Both the position numbers and the translations under genes were made by a program. DNA of 24,290 nucleotides. Source: a virus. Lineage: Duplodnaviria > Caudoviricetes. Positions 8,109 to 15,838 of the stretch are shown one piece after another. The notes under the pieces were generated by a model that worked only from the letters and a program-made list of their open reading frames with translations, ran no database searches and was not told the origin of the DNA. The stretch spans positions 1 through 24,290 of the IMG/VR virus record IMGVR_UViG_3300050158_000060, one strand, 5' to 3'. Positions within the stretch are counted from its first letter, which is position 1. Each line of letters begins with the position of its first letter.

Positions 8109-10319
8109 TCATGCCCACTCACTGAATGCGCATTTTTCTGCGCGTTCAGTTTCCTCGCAGTTTTTTACGCGCAGCCAGGCTTTAACCTGCTCGCCACCGA
8201 CCCGAGTGTTACCCTTCTCGTACCCCAAGGCCCTCATCGCCTTGCCTGCCCGTAGCTCGTCCTTACGTGCAATTTTCTGCACGTCGAAGCCTAAAGCCGA
8301 CACCAGAACGTCAAGCATGCGCACCGGTCGGTCGCCCCTGCGCGTGCCGCCTGCGGCCTGATCCATGTCGTCGCGGGCCAGCCAATCGGCAATAACGGTC
8401 TGCCACTCGTCGCTCACCTTGTACTTGTGGTGTTCGGCCCGGGCCAGGGTGTTCGCGTCGCGCCAGTCCACCTCGCCCAGGCGCTTGAAGCGCCACGCCC
8501 CTTCGGCCCAAAGCTGGTCACGCACGCCCGCCACGCCTGGCACGTCGACCGTGCCTGTGGTCATGGGTAGCCAACGGCGCTCCCCTGTTGGGTCGTCCAG
8601 AAACTCCCCGCCGTTGCCCGTGCCGAACATGACCATGCGGCGCTGGAACTTGGTAGCGAACTCCTTGAATTTGGGCGTCCACTCCTCCTCGCGCCGCGAC
8701 ACCCAGGCCTTGATCGACTCAGCGTCCCGGCCCTGCAGCCCGCGCAGCTCGGCGATCTCGCCCACCAGCTTGCCGCGCTGCATGCGCGCCAGGTCTTCGT
8801 CTTTCTTCTCCAAATTGAGCTCGACAAACGCCCCCGGAAGGGGGCTCATGACTTCGATGGCCGAAGTCTTGCCCGCGCCCTGCAGCCCGATCAGCACCGG
8901 CACCATGTCGGCCTTCTCGCCGGGCACCAACGCCCGCCCAGCCAGCGCGGTCCATGTGTAGCGCCCCACCGCCCGGCTATAGGGGGTGTCCTCGACGCCG
9001 AAAAACGCCGGGTAGAACGTCTCGATGCGCTCGACGCCATCCCACTCCAAGCCGTTGGCCCACTGCACGGCGCTGTCGAACTCGTTTTCGGCCGCCACCA
9101 GGCGCGCCGCGTCTTTAATCATGTCCGCTGATATGGGCTTGAAATCACGTGTGGCCAGTACCGAGCGCAGCACGGTGTAATCGGTATCCCCGAACGGGCG
9201 CCACACACCCTCAGCCGTGGCCAGGACCATGCGGTCGAGGAAGGCGTCCACCCCCACGCGGTAGCCGGTGAAATCCGGCCGGCGCAGCGCGGCCAGCACG
9301 TTGTTGAGCTCGGCCTCGATGCGCCCGTTCCGATCCCTGGTAAAGGGCGGCAGAGGTTCGATCAGCTCCCCTTTATCGTTTGGTAAAGGCACAACCACAC
9401 CAAAATCAGCCCGGGTGTAGCCCGTCACCTCCATGAAATCGCCATCGGTGCGGTTCGAGCAGCTGGCGTGCAGGCACCGATAGTGCCCCCGCTCGAAGCC
9501 ACCCACGCCCGCAGGAAACCAGCTGGTGCTGGTGGGCCCGCTGTCCACGCTGTGCCCGTCGGCCCAGGGGCATCGCACGTCGACGCGCCCGTCCCGTTGG
9601 TAGCCCGTGATCCAGCCGTTCTCGTCCAGCCAAGCCACGAACGGATCGCGCATGTCCTCGCGCACCCGGGGCACCGCGGGCACCAGCCCGTGGCGCGCCT
9701 CCAGCGCGCCGTCGGGCAAGGCGAACCGGTCGATCAGCGCGCGCCAAACGAGGTCGAGCTCGGCCAGGGTTATATCGGGTAGCTCCCGAGGGTTGCCCCC
9801 TGCCCACTCATAGCGCGCGCCGCTAGGGTGTGTGCCACAGACAATGAACTGCTGGCCTGTCGACAACAGTTCGATGTTACCGTGCGCCGTCTTGATAATG
9901 CGCTTGGGGAAGTCCAGCGGCAGGCGGAAAGCCAGCAAGCGCTTACCAGAATTTGAGCGCCCCCGCGAGGGTAGATCACCTAGGGTAAGCTGTATCAGGT
10001 CCGCCACAGCGCCACACCGCACCGGGTCGTTTATGTCGATGTCGAAACACTTGACCCCCCTGGATTGCAGACAAATTCCAAGGCGTGAATTAGTTGACCA
10101 TTTACCTATGTCCCTGTCCGTGGCCTTGTAGGCCGTCCACTTGGGTATTCCCACAGCTTCGCCATCGGAATTAAAGCGGCTGGGCGTCTTGCCCAAGCCC
10201 GCCATCTTGCTCAGCTTGCTGATGACAGCTGAGGGGTCCGACACAACGGGCAGCAGATCTGGCGTGAGCCCCAGCGCTGCCCAGTCGGCCCAGTCTTGTG
10301 GTGTGGCGCCGAAGCTCAT
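8109..10319 (-). CDS. Primase-helicase: N-terminal Prim-Pol domain plus C-terminal VirE/VapE-like P-loop ATPase
   Basis: 736 aa; CFDID, THPSGARYEW, Cys/His cluster CPW..H..CLHASC, Walker A GLQGAGKT, GEIAEL, GTGN..FLDDPTGERRW. Confidence 0.9.
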   Translation of the reverse strand: MSFGATPQDWADWAALGLTPDLLPVVSDPSAVISKLSKMAGLGKTPSRFNSDGEAVGIPKWTAYKATDRDIGKWSTNSRLGICLQSRGVKCFDIDINDPVRCGAVADLIQLTLGDLPSRGRSNSGKRLLAFRLPLDFPKRIIKTAHGNIELLSTGQQFIVCGTHPSGARYEWAGGNPRELPDITLAELDLVWRALIDRFALPDGALEARHGLVPAVPRVREDMRDPFVAWLDENGWITGYQRDGRVDVRCPWADGHSVDSGPTSTSWFPAGVGGFERGHYRCLHASCSNRTDGDFMEVTGYTRADFGVVVPLPNDKGELIEPLPPFTRDRNGRIEAELNNVLAALRRPDFTGYRVGVDAFLDRMVLATAEGVWRPFGDTDYTVLRSVLATRDFKPISADMIKDAARLVAAENEFDSAVQWANGLEWDGVERIETFYPAFFGVEDTPYSRAVGRYTWTALAGRALVPGEKADMVPVLIGLQGAGKTSAIEVMSPLPGAFVELNLEKKDEDLARMQRGKLVGEIAELRGLQGRDAESIKAWVSRREEEWTPKFKEFATKFQRRMVMFGTGNGGEFLDDPTGERRWLPMTTGTVDVPGVAGVRDQLWAEGAWRFKRLGEVDWRDANTLARAEHHKYKVSDEWQTVIADWLARDDMDQAAGGTRRGDRPVRMLDVLVSALGFDVQKIARKDELRAGKAMRALGYEKGNTRVGGEQVKAWLRVKNCEETERAEKCAFSEWA
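9372..9387. promoter_or_regulatory. Operator-like palindrome inside the primase gene
   Basis: TTTATCGTTTGGTAAA with C/G flanks; full match to the consensus TTTAYC-N4-GRTAAA. Confidence 0.65.
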
Positions 10320-10480
10320 GCAACTTCACCCGCCGCACTGGCATGCTGTTCTGCCAAGGCCTGCGCAGCACGCAGCTGCAGGTCGACCACCTCAGGCAAC
10401 AAAGGCAGGGGCAGCGCCAGCATATCGGCGGCGCGCTGCAGCACGTCGAGCTGAAAGGGTGTGAGGGGTGCGTCAGTCAT
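10316..10480 (-). CDS. Small hypothetical protein (54 aa)
   Basis: MTDAPLTPFQLDVLQRAADML...; overlaps both neighbours as in translational coupling. Start trimmed from the ORF track. Confidence 0.6.
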   Translation of the reverse strand: MTDAPLTPFQLDVLQRAADMLALPLPLLPEVVDLQLRAAQALAEQHASAAGEVA

Positions 10481-10829
10481 TTTCGCCACCCTCCGAATCG
10501 GCCACCATACCCTCGGTGACCACGGGGAAGTCAGCACGCACAGCGGCCGAGCCCAGGCACTTCTGCGCGTACTCGCACGCGCGGCATGCCGTCACCAGAT
10601 CGGTGCGGTACACCTTGGGCAAGCGGCCTTTGGACGCCACCGCCATGGCGTTGATCAAGCGTTCCATGACGGCCCCCACCTCGGCGCCCGCGTCACGGTT
10701 CTGGTTGCTGAGCTGATAAAGGTACTCGCGCGACATTTTCGAGCCAGGGATTGCCTTGCGAACCCCCGCAGCCAGCAATTCCTGCTCCTCGGTCGTGGCG
10801 GCGCGCATCCACATCTTGAACACAAACAT
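10473..10829 (-). CDS. Cro-like transcriptional regulator
   Basis: 118 aa; HTH-like EEQELLAA..SREYLYQLSN; AAGGAG RBS upstream; divergent from the repressor. A CxxC (CRAC) near the C-terminus may bind metal. Confidence 0.65.
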   Translation of the reverse strand: MFVFKMWMRAATTEEQELLAAGVRKAIPGSKMSREYLYQLSNQNRDAGAEVGAVMERLINAMAVASKGRLPKVYRTDLVTACRACEYAQKCLGSAAVRADFPVVTEGMVADSEGGEND

Positions 10830-10895
10830 CTCGATTTACTCCTTGGTTTAAAGGGCAGTGTCAACCCCCACGAGAGGCCCCTAGCTTGTCAGTGT

Positions 10896-10911
10896 TTTAT
10901 CAATTGGTCAA
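10896..10911. promoter_or_regulatory. Operator in the divergent cro/repressor control region
   Basis: TTTATCAATTGGTCAA, one mismatch to consensus. It overlaps a leftward TTGACC -35 candidate (10911-10906); a rightward TACAAT -10 candidate lies at 10916-10921. Confidence 0.7.
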
Positions 10912-10947
10912 GGAATACAATCAACCCGCTACGCTGTTAACCCCTAC

Positions 10948-11403
10948 ATGGCAAAGTCACACACCCCCCACATGAGCGACCAAGACCTTTACACAATCCG
11001 CCGCGAGAACCTGGGCCGCTGGGTAAGTGAAAAGGGCGCCAAGACTGCGCTGGCCATCGCCTTGGGTGTGAACCCGTCGCGCGTCTCGCACATGCTCAAG
11101 GCCGAGGGGCCAGGCTCCCGGCCCATCATGGAAGACACCGCCCACGAGATCGAGCGCGCGCTGGGCAAGTCGCCGGGGGCCATGGACCGCCCGCCCGGCG
11201 CTCCGCCGCCAGGCATCCGAGCGCTCAACACCGAGCTGCTGACAGCCGCAGTGCGCGCAGTCACGACAAGCGCCGCGCAGGCCCGGATAAAGCCCGACGC
11301 CGACAAACAGGCGTTCATGGTCACTGCCCTTTACGAGCGCAGCCTGGCCAGTGGTCAAGTCGACCAGGCGTTTGCCGACCAGCTCGTCAAGCTCATGAAG
11401 TAA
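10948..11403 (+). CDS. Immunity repressor (Cro/C1-type HTH) without an S24 peptidase domain
   Basis: 151 aa; IRRENL..KTALAIALGVNPSRVSHML..RPIMEDTAHEIERALGKSPGAMD is a typical phage repressor N-domain, followed by a short helical C-domain. Start may be Met at 10972. Confidence 0.8.
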   Translation: MAKSHTPHMSDQDLYTIRRENLGRWVSEKGAKTALAIALGVNPSRVSHMLKAEGPGSRPIMEDTAHEIERALGKSPGAMDRPPGAPPPGIRALNTELLTAAVRAVTTSAAQARIKPDADKQAFMVTALYERSLASGQVDQAFADQLVKLMK

Positions 11404-11449
11404 CCCCGCTCGGGGTGTCACTAGGGAAAACCCCTAGTAAATAGTTTTT
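11403..11449 (+). terminator. Two hairpins after the repressor (possible terminator or protein-binding palindrome)
   Basis: ACCCCG-CT-CGGGGT (11403-11416) and ACTAGGG-AAAAC-CCCTAGT (11420-11438), then a T-run at 11445-11449. Confidence 0.4.
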
Positions 11450-11476
11450 GCGTTTTCCTTTATCAGTTGGTAAAGT
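11448..11476 (+). promoter_or_regulatory. Rightward early promoter with overlapping operator
   Basis: TTGCGT-17bp-TAAAGT; operator TTTATCAGTTGGTAAA at 11459-11474 covers the spacer and -10; extra half-site CTTTACCAA at 11488. Confidence 0.75.
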
Positions 11477-11509
11477 TTGATCATGTACTTTACCAAGGCT
11501 GAACGGGAC

Positions 11510-12124
11510 ATGATCCTCACCAAAACCTTTTGCCAGGCGCTCAAGTTCGCCGCCGCCGCCGCCTCGACCAAAGACGTGCGCTTTTATCTCCGCGGCGTGC
11601 GCTTCGAGTTCACCGAGGAGGGCCTGCACCTGGTCGGCACGAACGGCGCCAGCTTGCACATGGTTCGGCTGGCCCTGGACCCGATGCCTGCGTGCGCGGT
11701 CGCCGCAACGATCGGAAACGACGACACCAAGCGCATCCTGTCCGTGTTCGGCAAGGACAAGGGCGAGATCCGCATCGTGTGCATCCAGCCCGCCGACCCG
11801 GCGCAACGCCCCGAAGTCCGCTTTGAAGCTGGCGGGGTGGTGCTAGATGCGACGGGCGTAGAAGGCACCTACCCCCAATGGCGCCGCATCGTGCCGCCCG
11901 CCGATCGGCCCAACAACCCTATACCCACCATGGGCGCGGGCCTACTGGCCAACACACTGACCGCCCTGGTGCCGATGATCGGCAAGTCGATCAAAGACAC
12001 GTCGGCCCTGACCATCAACGCGGGGCCAGAGACGCACAGCACCGCCGTGGCCATCCGCCCCACGTTCACGACCGACCCGCGCATCGTCGAGGTGTTGGCC
12101 GTCGTGCAATCGTTCAGGGCCTGA
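11510..12124 (+). CDS. DNA polymerase III beta-clamp-like protein (truncated, about two domains)
   Basis: DVRFYLRGV..LHLVGTNGASL and EGTYPQWRRIVP match the DnaN central-domain motifs RYYLNG..VATDGHRL and G.FPDY.RV.P. About 204 aa; alternative start at 11483. Confidence 0.75.
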   Translation: MILTKTFCQALKFAAAAASTKDVRFYLRGVRFEFTEEGLHLVGTNGASLHMVRLALDPMPACAVAATIGNDDTKRILSVFGKDKGEIRIVCIQPADPAQRPEVRFEAGGVVLDATGVEGTYPQWRRIVPPADRPNNPIPTMGAGLLANTLTALVPMIGKSIKDTSALTINAGPETHSTAVAIRPTFTTDPRIVEVLAVVQSFRA

Positions 12125-12131
12125 CCTTCAC

Positions 12132-12147
12132 TTTATCACCGGATAAA
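12132..12147. promoter_or_regulatory. Operator palindrome
   Basis: TTTATCACCGGATAAA, perfect 6-bp arms, intergenic, 4 nt before the next ATG. Confidence 0.75.
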
Positions 12148-12151
12148 CACC

Positions 12152-12607
12152 ATGCCCCACATTCAACTCGTGTCACCCCTGCAGGCCCAAAGCACACTGA
12201 CCTATTTCGTGGACTGCCGCCGAGTAACGCGCGACGATGCCCACGAGCATTTCCTGCGCTACGCGTCGGCCTTCCACGGTGTCGACGCAGATTTCGCCGC
12301 CGGCGCGTTCGAACGCGCCGAGCAGGGCGAGGCCATCGCCCTGATGCTCCTGGCCCCGTCAGGCGTGCAGATCGGCGACACGACGCGCCCGCAGGTGAAA
12401 GTCGAGTACGCGGTGCAAAGCTACACCCGCACGGGCAACGCATGGCACGACGTGCCGCCCCGAGGCTCTGAGCCGTTCCGCTACGGCACCAAGTTCGAGG
12501 CCGAGCAGGCCATGGAGCGCGCCTTTCCCTACGCCGCGCAGTACCAGCGCGCCCACCCTTACCAGCCCCCGACCGTGCGCGTCATGCGCCAGATCACCGC
12601 GGCCTGA
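12152..12607 (+). CDS. Hypothetical protein
   Basis: 151-aa ORF with phage-like codon usage, between two operator sites. Confidence 0.7.
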   Translation: MPHIQLVSPLQAQSTLTYFVDCRRVTRDDAHEHFLRYASAFHGVDADFAAGAFERAEQGEAIALMLLAPSGVQIGDTTRPQVKVEYAVQSYTRTGNAWHDVPPRGSEPFRYGTKFEAEQAMERAFPYAAQYQRAHPYQPPTVRVMRQITAA

Positions 12608-12629
12608 CCCCTCCCCTTTTCCTCACCAC

Positions 12630-12645
12630 TTTACCAACAGGTAAA
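12630..12645. promoter_or_regulatory. Operator palindrome
   Basis: TTTACCAACAGGTAAA, perfect 6-bp arms, intergenic. Confidence 0.75.
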
Positions 12646-12651
12646 TTAACC

Positions 12652-13140
12652 ATGACCATCACCATCACCGCTACCTTTGCCACCCCCGCCGAGGCCGCCG
12701 ACTTCCTGGCGCGCGCCGCGGGCCAGGTGCCCCCTGCTGTTGTCGTCAACCCGCCTGCCAAGGGAAACCCCGAGGCCGACACGTCGGCCGCCCCTGCGCC
12801 CACGGTCAAGACCACCGTTGTCAAGACGGCCGCGCCTGCCCCTACGTTGCCTACTGCCGAGGCGGCCAAGGCCGATGCGCCCGCGCAGAAGCCCGCAATT
12901 GAGTACGCCCAGCTGCAAAAAGCTGTGTTCAAGCTCGCCGCCCTGGGCGACGACCAAGAGCCCGGCGAAGACAGCAAGACGCCCGGCGCCCGCGCCACCG
13001 CCGAAGTGGCCGCCAGCTTCGGCGTCAAGACCTTCAAGACCTTGCCCGCCGACCAGTGGGCTGATGCCCTGGCCGCCGTGGAGGCTCGCGCCGCCGAGCT
13101 GCAGGCCGAACTCCAAGCCGAGCAGGAACAGGTGGCCTAA
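12652..13140 (+). CDS. Ala/Pro-rich hypothetical protein of the type found upstream of DUF2800 genes
   Basis: 162 aa; low-complexity linker then helical C-domain (AEVAASFGVKTFKTLPADQWADALAA). Confidence 0.75.
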   Translation: MTITITATFATPAEAADFLARAAGQVPPAVVVNPPAKGNPEADTSAAPAPTVKTTVVKTAAPAPTLPTAEAAKADAPAQKPAIEYAQLQKAVFKLAALGDDQEPGEDSKTPGARATAEVAASFGVKTFKTLPADQWADALAAVEARAAELQAELQAEQEQVA

Positions 13141-13398
13141 ATGCCAGCCATCGCAGACCTCGACCGGATGCTCGCGCCGCTGCTGAACGCGCGCGCCACC
13201 TTCCGTGGCATGGAACTTGTCGCGCACCGCAACACCGCAACCACCGGCCGCATGGTCTGGGCCCTCCCCGGCAGGGGGATGGCCAGCACCGAGGAGCTGG
13301 CCGCCATCGACCCCTATTTCACGACCACATGCGCGCTCGACCCGAAGGCGCTCAAGAAGATGCACACCATGTGCAAACGCAAAGGATTCCGACTGTGA
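13141..13398 (+). CDS. Hypothetical protein
   Basis: 85 aa, begins immediately after the previous stop (TAAATG). Confidence 0.65.
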   Translation: MPAIADLDRMLAPLLNARATFRGMELVAHRNTATTGRMVWALPGRGMASTEELAAIDPYFTTTCALDPKALKKMHTMCKRKGFRL

Positions 13399-13595
13399 AC
13401 GCCCGCACATCCCGCCTGCTGCGCCGCGTGGCCTACGCCATGAAGCGCAACGACCCCAACGACACCAAAGCCCTGGCCGGCGTCAAGAAGGCATGGAACC
13501 GCACCCCGCGCAACGAGCGCGGCGCCATGCGCCCCACGCTGGTCGGCATTTTCCACACCATCATGGGAGAGCTTGATGCCCAGCGCACACAGTGA
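13395..13595 (+). CDS. Basic hypothetical protein (66 aa)
   Basis: GTG start in a GTGA overlap with AAAGGA upstream; MNARTSRLLRRVAYAMKR... Confidence 0.6.
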   Translation: MNARTSRLLRRVAYAMKRNDPNDTKALAGVKKAWNRTPRNERGAMRPTLVGIFHTIMGELDAQRTQ

Positions 13596-14928
13596 ATACA
13601 GCGCCTCGGGGTTCGAGGCCGCCCGCCTGTGCCCTGGCAAGCCGGTCATGGAGGCCGGGCGCAAGGACACCCCCAGCAAGTACGCCGACGAGGGCACGGC
13701 CGCGCACACGCTGCTGTCGTGGTGTCTCGACGCTGACCGCACCGCGCACAGCTACCTGGGCGTAATTATCGAGGTCGATGGCCAGGACGGCAACCCGGGC
13801 AGTCAGTGGCCCGTGACCGAAGGCATGGCCAAGGCTGTGCAGACGGCGATGGACAACATCCACGCCATCGTGAGCGACGGCATGCTGCTGAGCGAGCAGC
13901 GCGTCAACTACAGCAGCTATCTGGGCGTGGCCAAGGGCCAGGCCTGGGGCACCAGCGACGTGATCGCCCTGCGCGGCGATGAGGGCCAGGTGCACGACTA
14001 CAAGCACGGCATGGGCGTGGAGGTCGACGCTGACGAGAACGACCAGATGATGCTCTATGCCCTTGGCGCGCTGGTGGTGCTGCGCGCCATGGGCGAGGAG
14101 CCCACCACCATGCGCTTGGTGATCCACCAGCCCCGCATCAAGGACGCGCCCAGCGAATGGGTGATCACGGTGCCCGACCTCGAAGCATGGGGCCACGGCA
14201 CCGCGCGCAGCGCCACGATCACGCGGATCAACGCCGCCGGTGTGCACCAGATGGCCCCCGCCGATTGGCAAGCCCTTTACCTGCGCCCCAACGTCAAGAG
14301 CTGCAAGTTCTGCCGCGCAGCCAAGGCCAACGCCTGCCCCGCGCTGCAGGCCGCGTGCCTTGAGCCGATCCAAGGCAGCGCGCCAGCTTCGGTCGACGAG
14401 TTCGAAGCCGTGGGCATCCCCGGCAAAGAGCACATCCAGCCCACAAGCGACGCGTGGCTTGATGCCCTGTACCCCAAGCTCGAATTGATTGAGATGTGGG
14501 GCAAGAACGTGCTGGCCGAGATCGAACGCCGGGCCCTTGCTGGCGCGCAGTTCAAGAACTGCAAGGTGGTCATGGGCAAGAAGGGTAACCGCGCCTGGTC
14601 AGACCCCGCCGCCGCCGAGGCAGCGCTTAAAGCCATGCGCCTGAAGTTGGAGGAGATGTACGACCTCAAGTTGATAAGCCCCACACGCGCCGGCGAACTG
14701 GCCCCGCAGCTGGGCAAAGACGGCAAGCCCAAGCCGGTAAAGGAAGGCCAGCCCGAGCCGCTGATAGGCCCGCGCCAGTGGCCCAAGCTCCAGGCCTTGA
14801 TCACCCAGGCCGATGGCCGCCCAAGCGTTGTACCCATCGACGACAAGCGCCAAGCCATTACCATCACGCCAGTGGCCGACGACTTCGAGCCCGTGGCCGA
14901 TGTTGAAGATTCCAGCGAAATGGCTTGA
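13576..14928 (+). CDS. DUF2800 family PD-(D/E)xK (Cas4-like) nuclease
   Basis: HSEYSAS..CPG, YADEGTAAH, EQRV, WGTSD, HDYKHGMG, QMMLYALGA, IHQPR, CKFC..CP; sits upstream of DUF2815 and PolA as usual. Confidence 0.88.
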   Translation: MPSAHSEYSASGFEAARLCPGKPVMEAGRKDTPSKYADEGTAAHTLLSWCLDADRTAHSYLGVIIEVDGQDGNPGSQWPVTEGMAKAVQTAMDNIHAIVSDGMLLSEQRVNYSSYLGVAKGQAWGTSDVIALRGDEGQVHDYKHGMGVEVDADENDQMMLYALGALVVLRAMGEEPTTMRLVIHQPRIKDAPSEWVITVPDLEAWGHGTARSATITRINAAGVHQMAPADWQALYLRPNVKSCKFCRAAKANACPALQAACLEPIQGSAPASVDEFEAVGIPGKEHIQPTSDAWLDALYPKLELIEMWGKNVLAEIERRALAGAQFKNCKVVMGKKGNRAWSDPAAAEAALKAMRLKLEEMYDLKLISPTRAGELAPQLGKDGKPKPVKEGQPEPLIGPRQWPKLQALITQADGRPSVVPIDDKRQAITITPVADDFEPVADVEDSSEMA

Positions 14929-14953
14929 CCTTCTCTTTATCACTTGGTAAAGT
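14925..14953 (+). promoter_or_regulatory. Promoter with overlapping operator upstream of SSB
   Basis: TTGACC-17bp-TAAAGT; operator TTTATCACTTGGTAAA at 14936-14951; degenerate second site at 14966-14981. Confidence 0.8.
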
Positions 14954-15001
14954 TAAAGCGTTCAATTTATCAGCTCACAAACCACCCTTGAAAGGCAGAT
15001 C

Positions 15002-15667
15002 ATGAGCCAACCGACCGCAGCGCCCACGGGGCGCATCCTCTTGAAAAACGTGCGTATCTCGTTTGCCAACGGCGTGTTCGAGGCCGGCGTCATCCCCGGC
15101 GCCGACGCTGACGCGAAGCCCAAGTACAACTGCGGGCTGATCTTGGAGCCCGATCACCCGCAAATCGCCGAGCTGACAAAGAAGATGAAGGCCGTGGCCG
15201 CCGAGAAGTGGCCCGGCAATGACAAGAGCGGCAAGCCTGCATGGCAAGCGCTGTACAACACCTTCGAGAAGACGAACAAGCTGGCGCTGCACGACGGCGA
15301 CCTCAAACCGAACTACGACGGCTACCCCGGCAACATGTACCTCTCGCCCAGCGCCAAGGAAAGCGAGCGCCCCAGCGTGATCCTGACGCTCAACGGTGTG
15401 AACGTGTCCCGAAAGGACTTCGAGGGCGACCCCAAGGGTTTGGCCGAGTTCGAAAAGCTGTGCCGCTCGCGCATCTACAGCGGCGCCTACGTCAACGCCA
15501 GCCTGGATATCTGGGCCCAAGACAACAACTTCGGCAAGCGCATCAACGCGCAGCTGCGTGGCGTGCAGTTCCTGCGCGACGGTGACGCCTTCGCCGCCGG
15601 ACGCCCCGCCGAGTCCGACGAGTTCGAAACCGTCACCGAAGGCGCCGACGCCGAAGACTTCGCGTAA
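15002..15667 (+). CDS. DUF2815 family single-stranded DNA-binding protein (T7 gp2.5-like)
   Basis: NVRISFAN, PKY, LHDGD, IYSGAYVNASLD, LRGVQFLRDGDAF, acidic tail EGADAEDFA. Confidence 0.88.
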   Translation: MSQPTAAPTGRILLKNVRISFANGVFEAGVIPGADADAKPKYNCGLILEPDHPQIAELTKKMKAVAAEKWPGNDKSGKPAWQALYNTFEKTNKLALHDGDLKPNYDGYPGNMYLSPSAKESERPSVILTLNGVNVSRKDFEGDPKGLAEFEKLCRSRIYSGAYVNASLDIWAQDNNFGKRINAQLRGVQFLRDGDAFAAGRPAESDEFETVTEGADAEDFA

Positions 15668-15703
15668 CTCTTGTCTCCCTGATGCGCACCTCGGTGCGCT
15701 TTG

Positions 15704-15730
15704 CCCCAGGCCTCGCGCCTGGGGGTTTTT
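15704..15730 (+). terminator. Intrinsic terminator after SSB
   Basis: CCCCAGGC-ctcgc-GCCTGGGG followed by GTTTTT; a further hairpin GCGCAC-CTCG-GTGCGC lies at 15684-15699. Confidence 0.65.
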
Positions 15731-15836
15731 GGTGGCCGTCGACAAGTCCATGCGGGTTAGCGCCGCCGGTTGCTGTACCTCTCTACAAAACGGTGCCACT
15801 GCTCTATGTGAGCTTGTCGGCGGCCACCAAAAACCC
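15723..15836 (+). ncRNA. Structured multi-stem RNA element (C4/CI antisense-RNA-like)
   Basis: 24-bp closing stem (15723-15746 with 15813-15836, one G-U pair) enclosing hairpins GCGG-GTTAGCG-CCGC and TGTA-CCTCTC-TACA. The family assignment is inference. Confidence 0.55.
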
Positions 15837-15838
15837 AT

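Noticed and set aside
13576-14928. Cas4-like cysteine and nuclease motifs as a sign of CRISPR-Cas
   Set aside because: This is the usual DUF2800-DUF2815-PolA phage replication module; there is no repeat-spacer array or other cas gene.
15773-15788. LexA-box-like CTGT-N8-ACAA
   Set aside because: It mismatches a key terminal base, has a non-AT spacer, and is better explained as an inner hairpin of the structured RNA.
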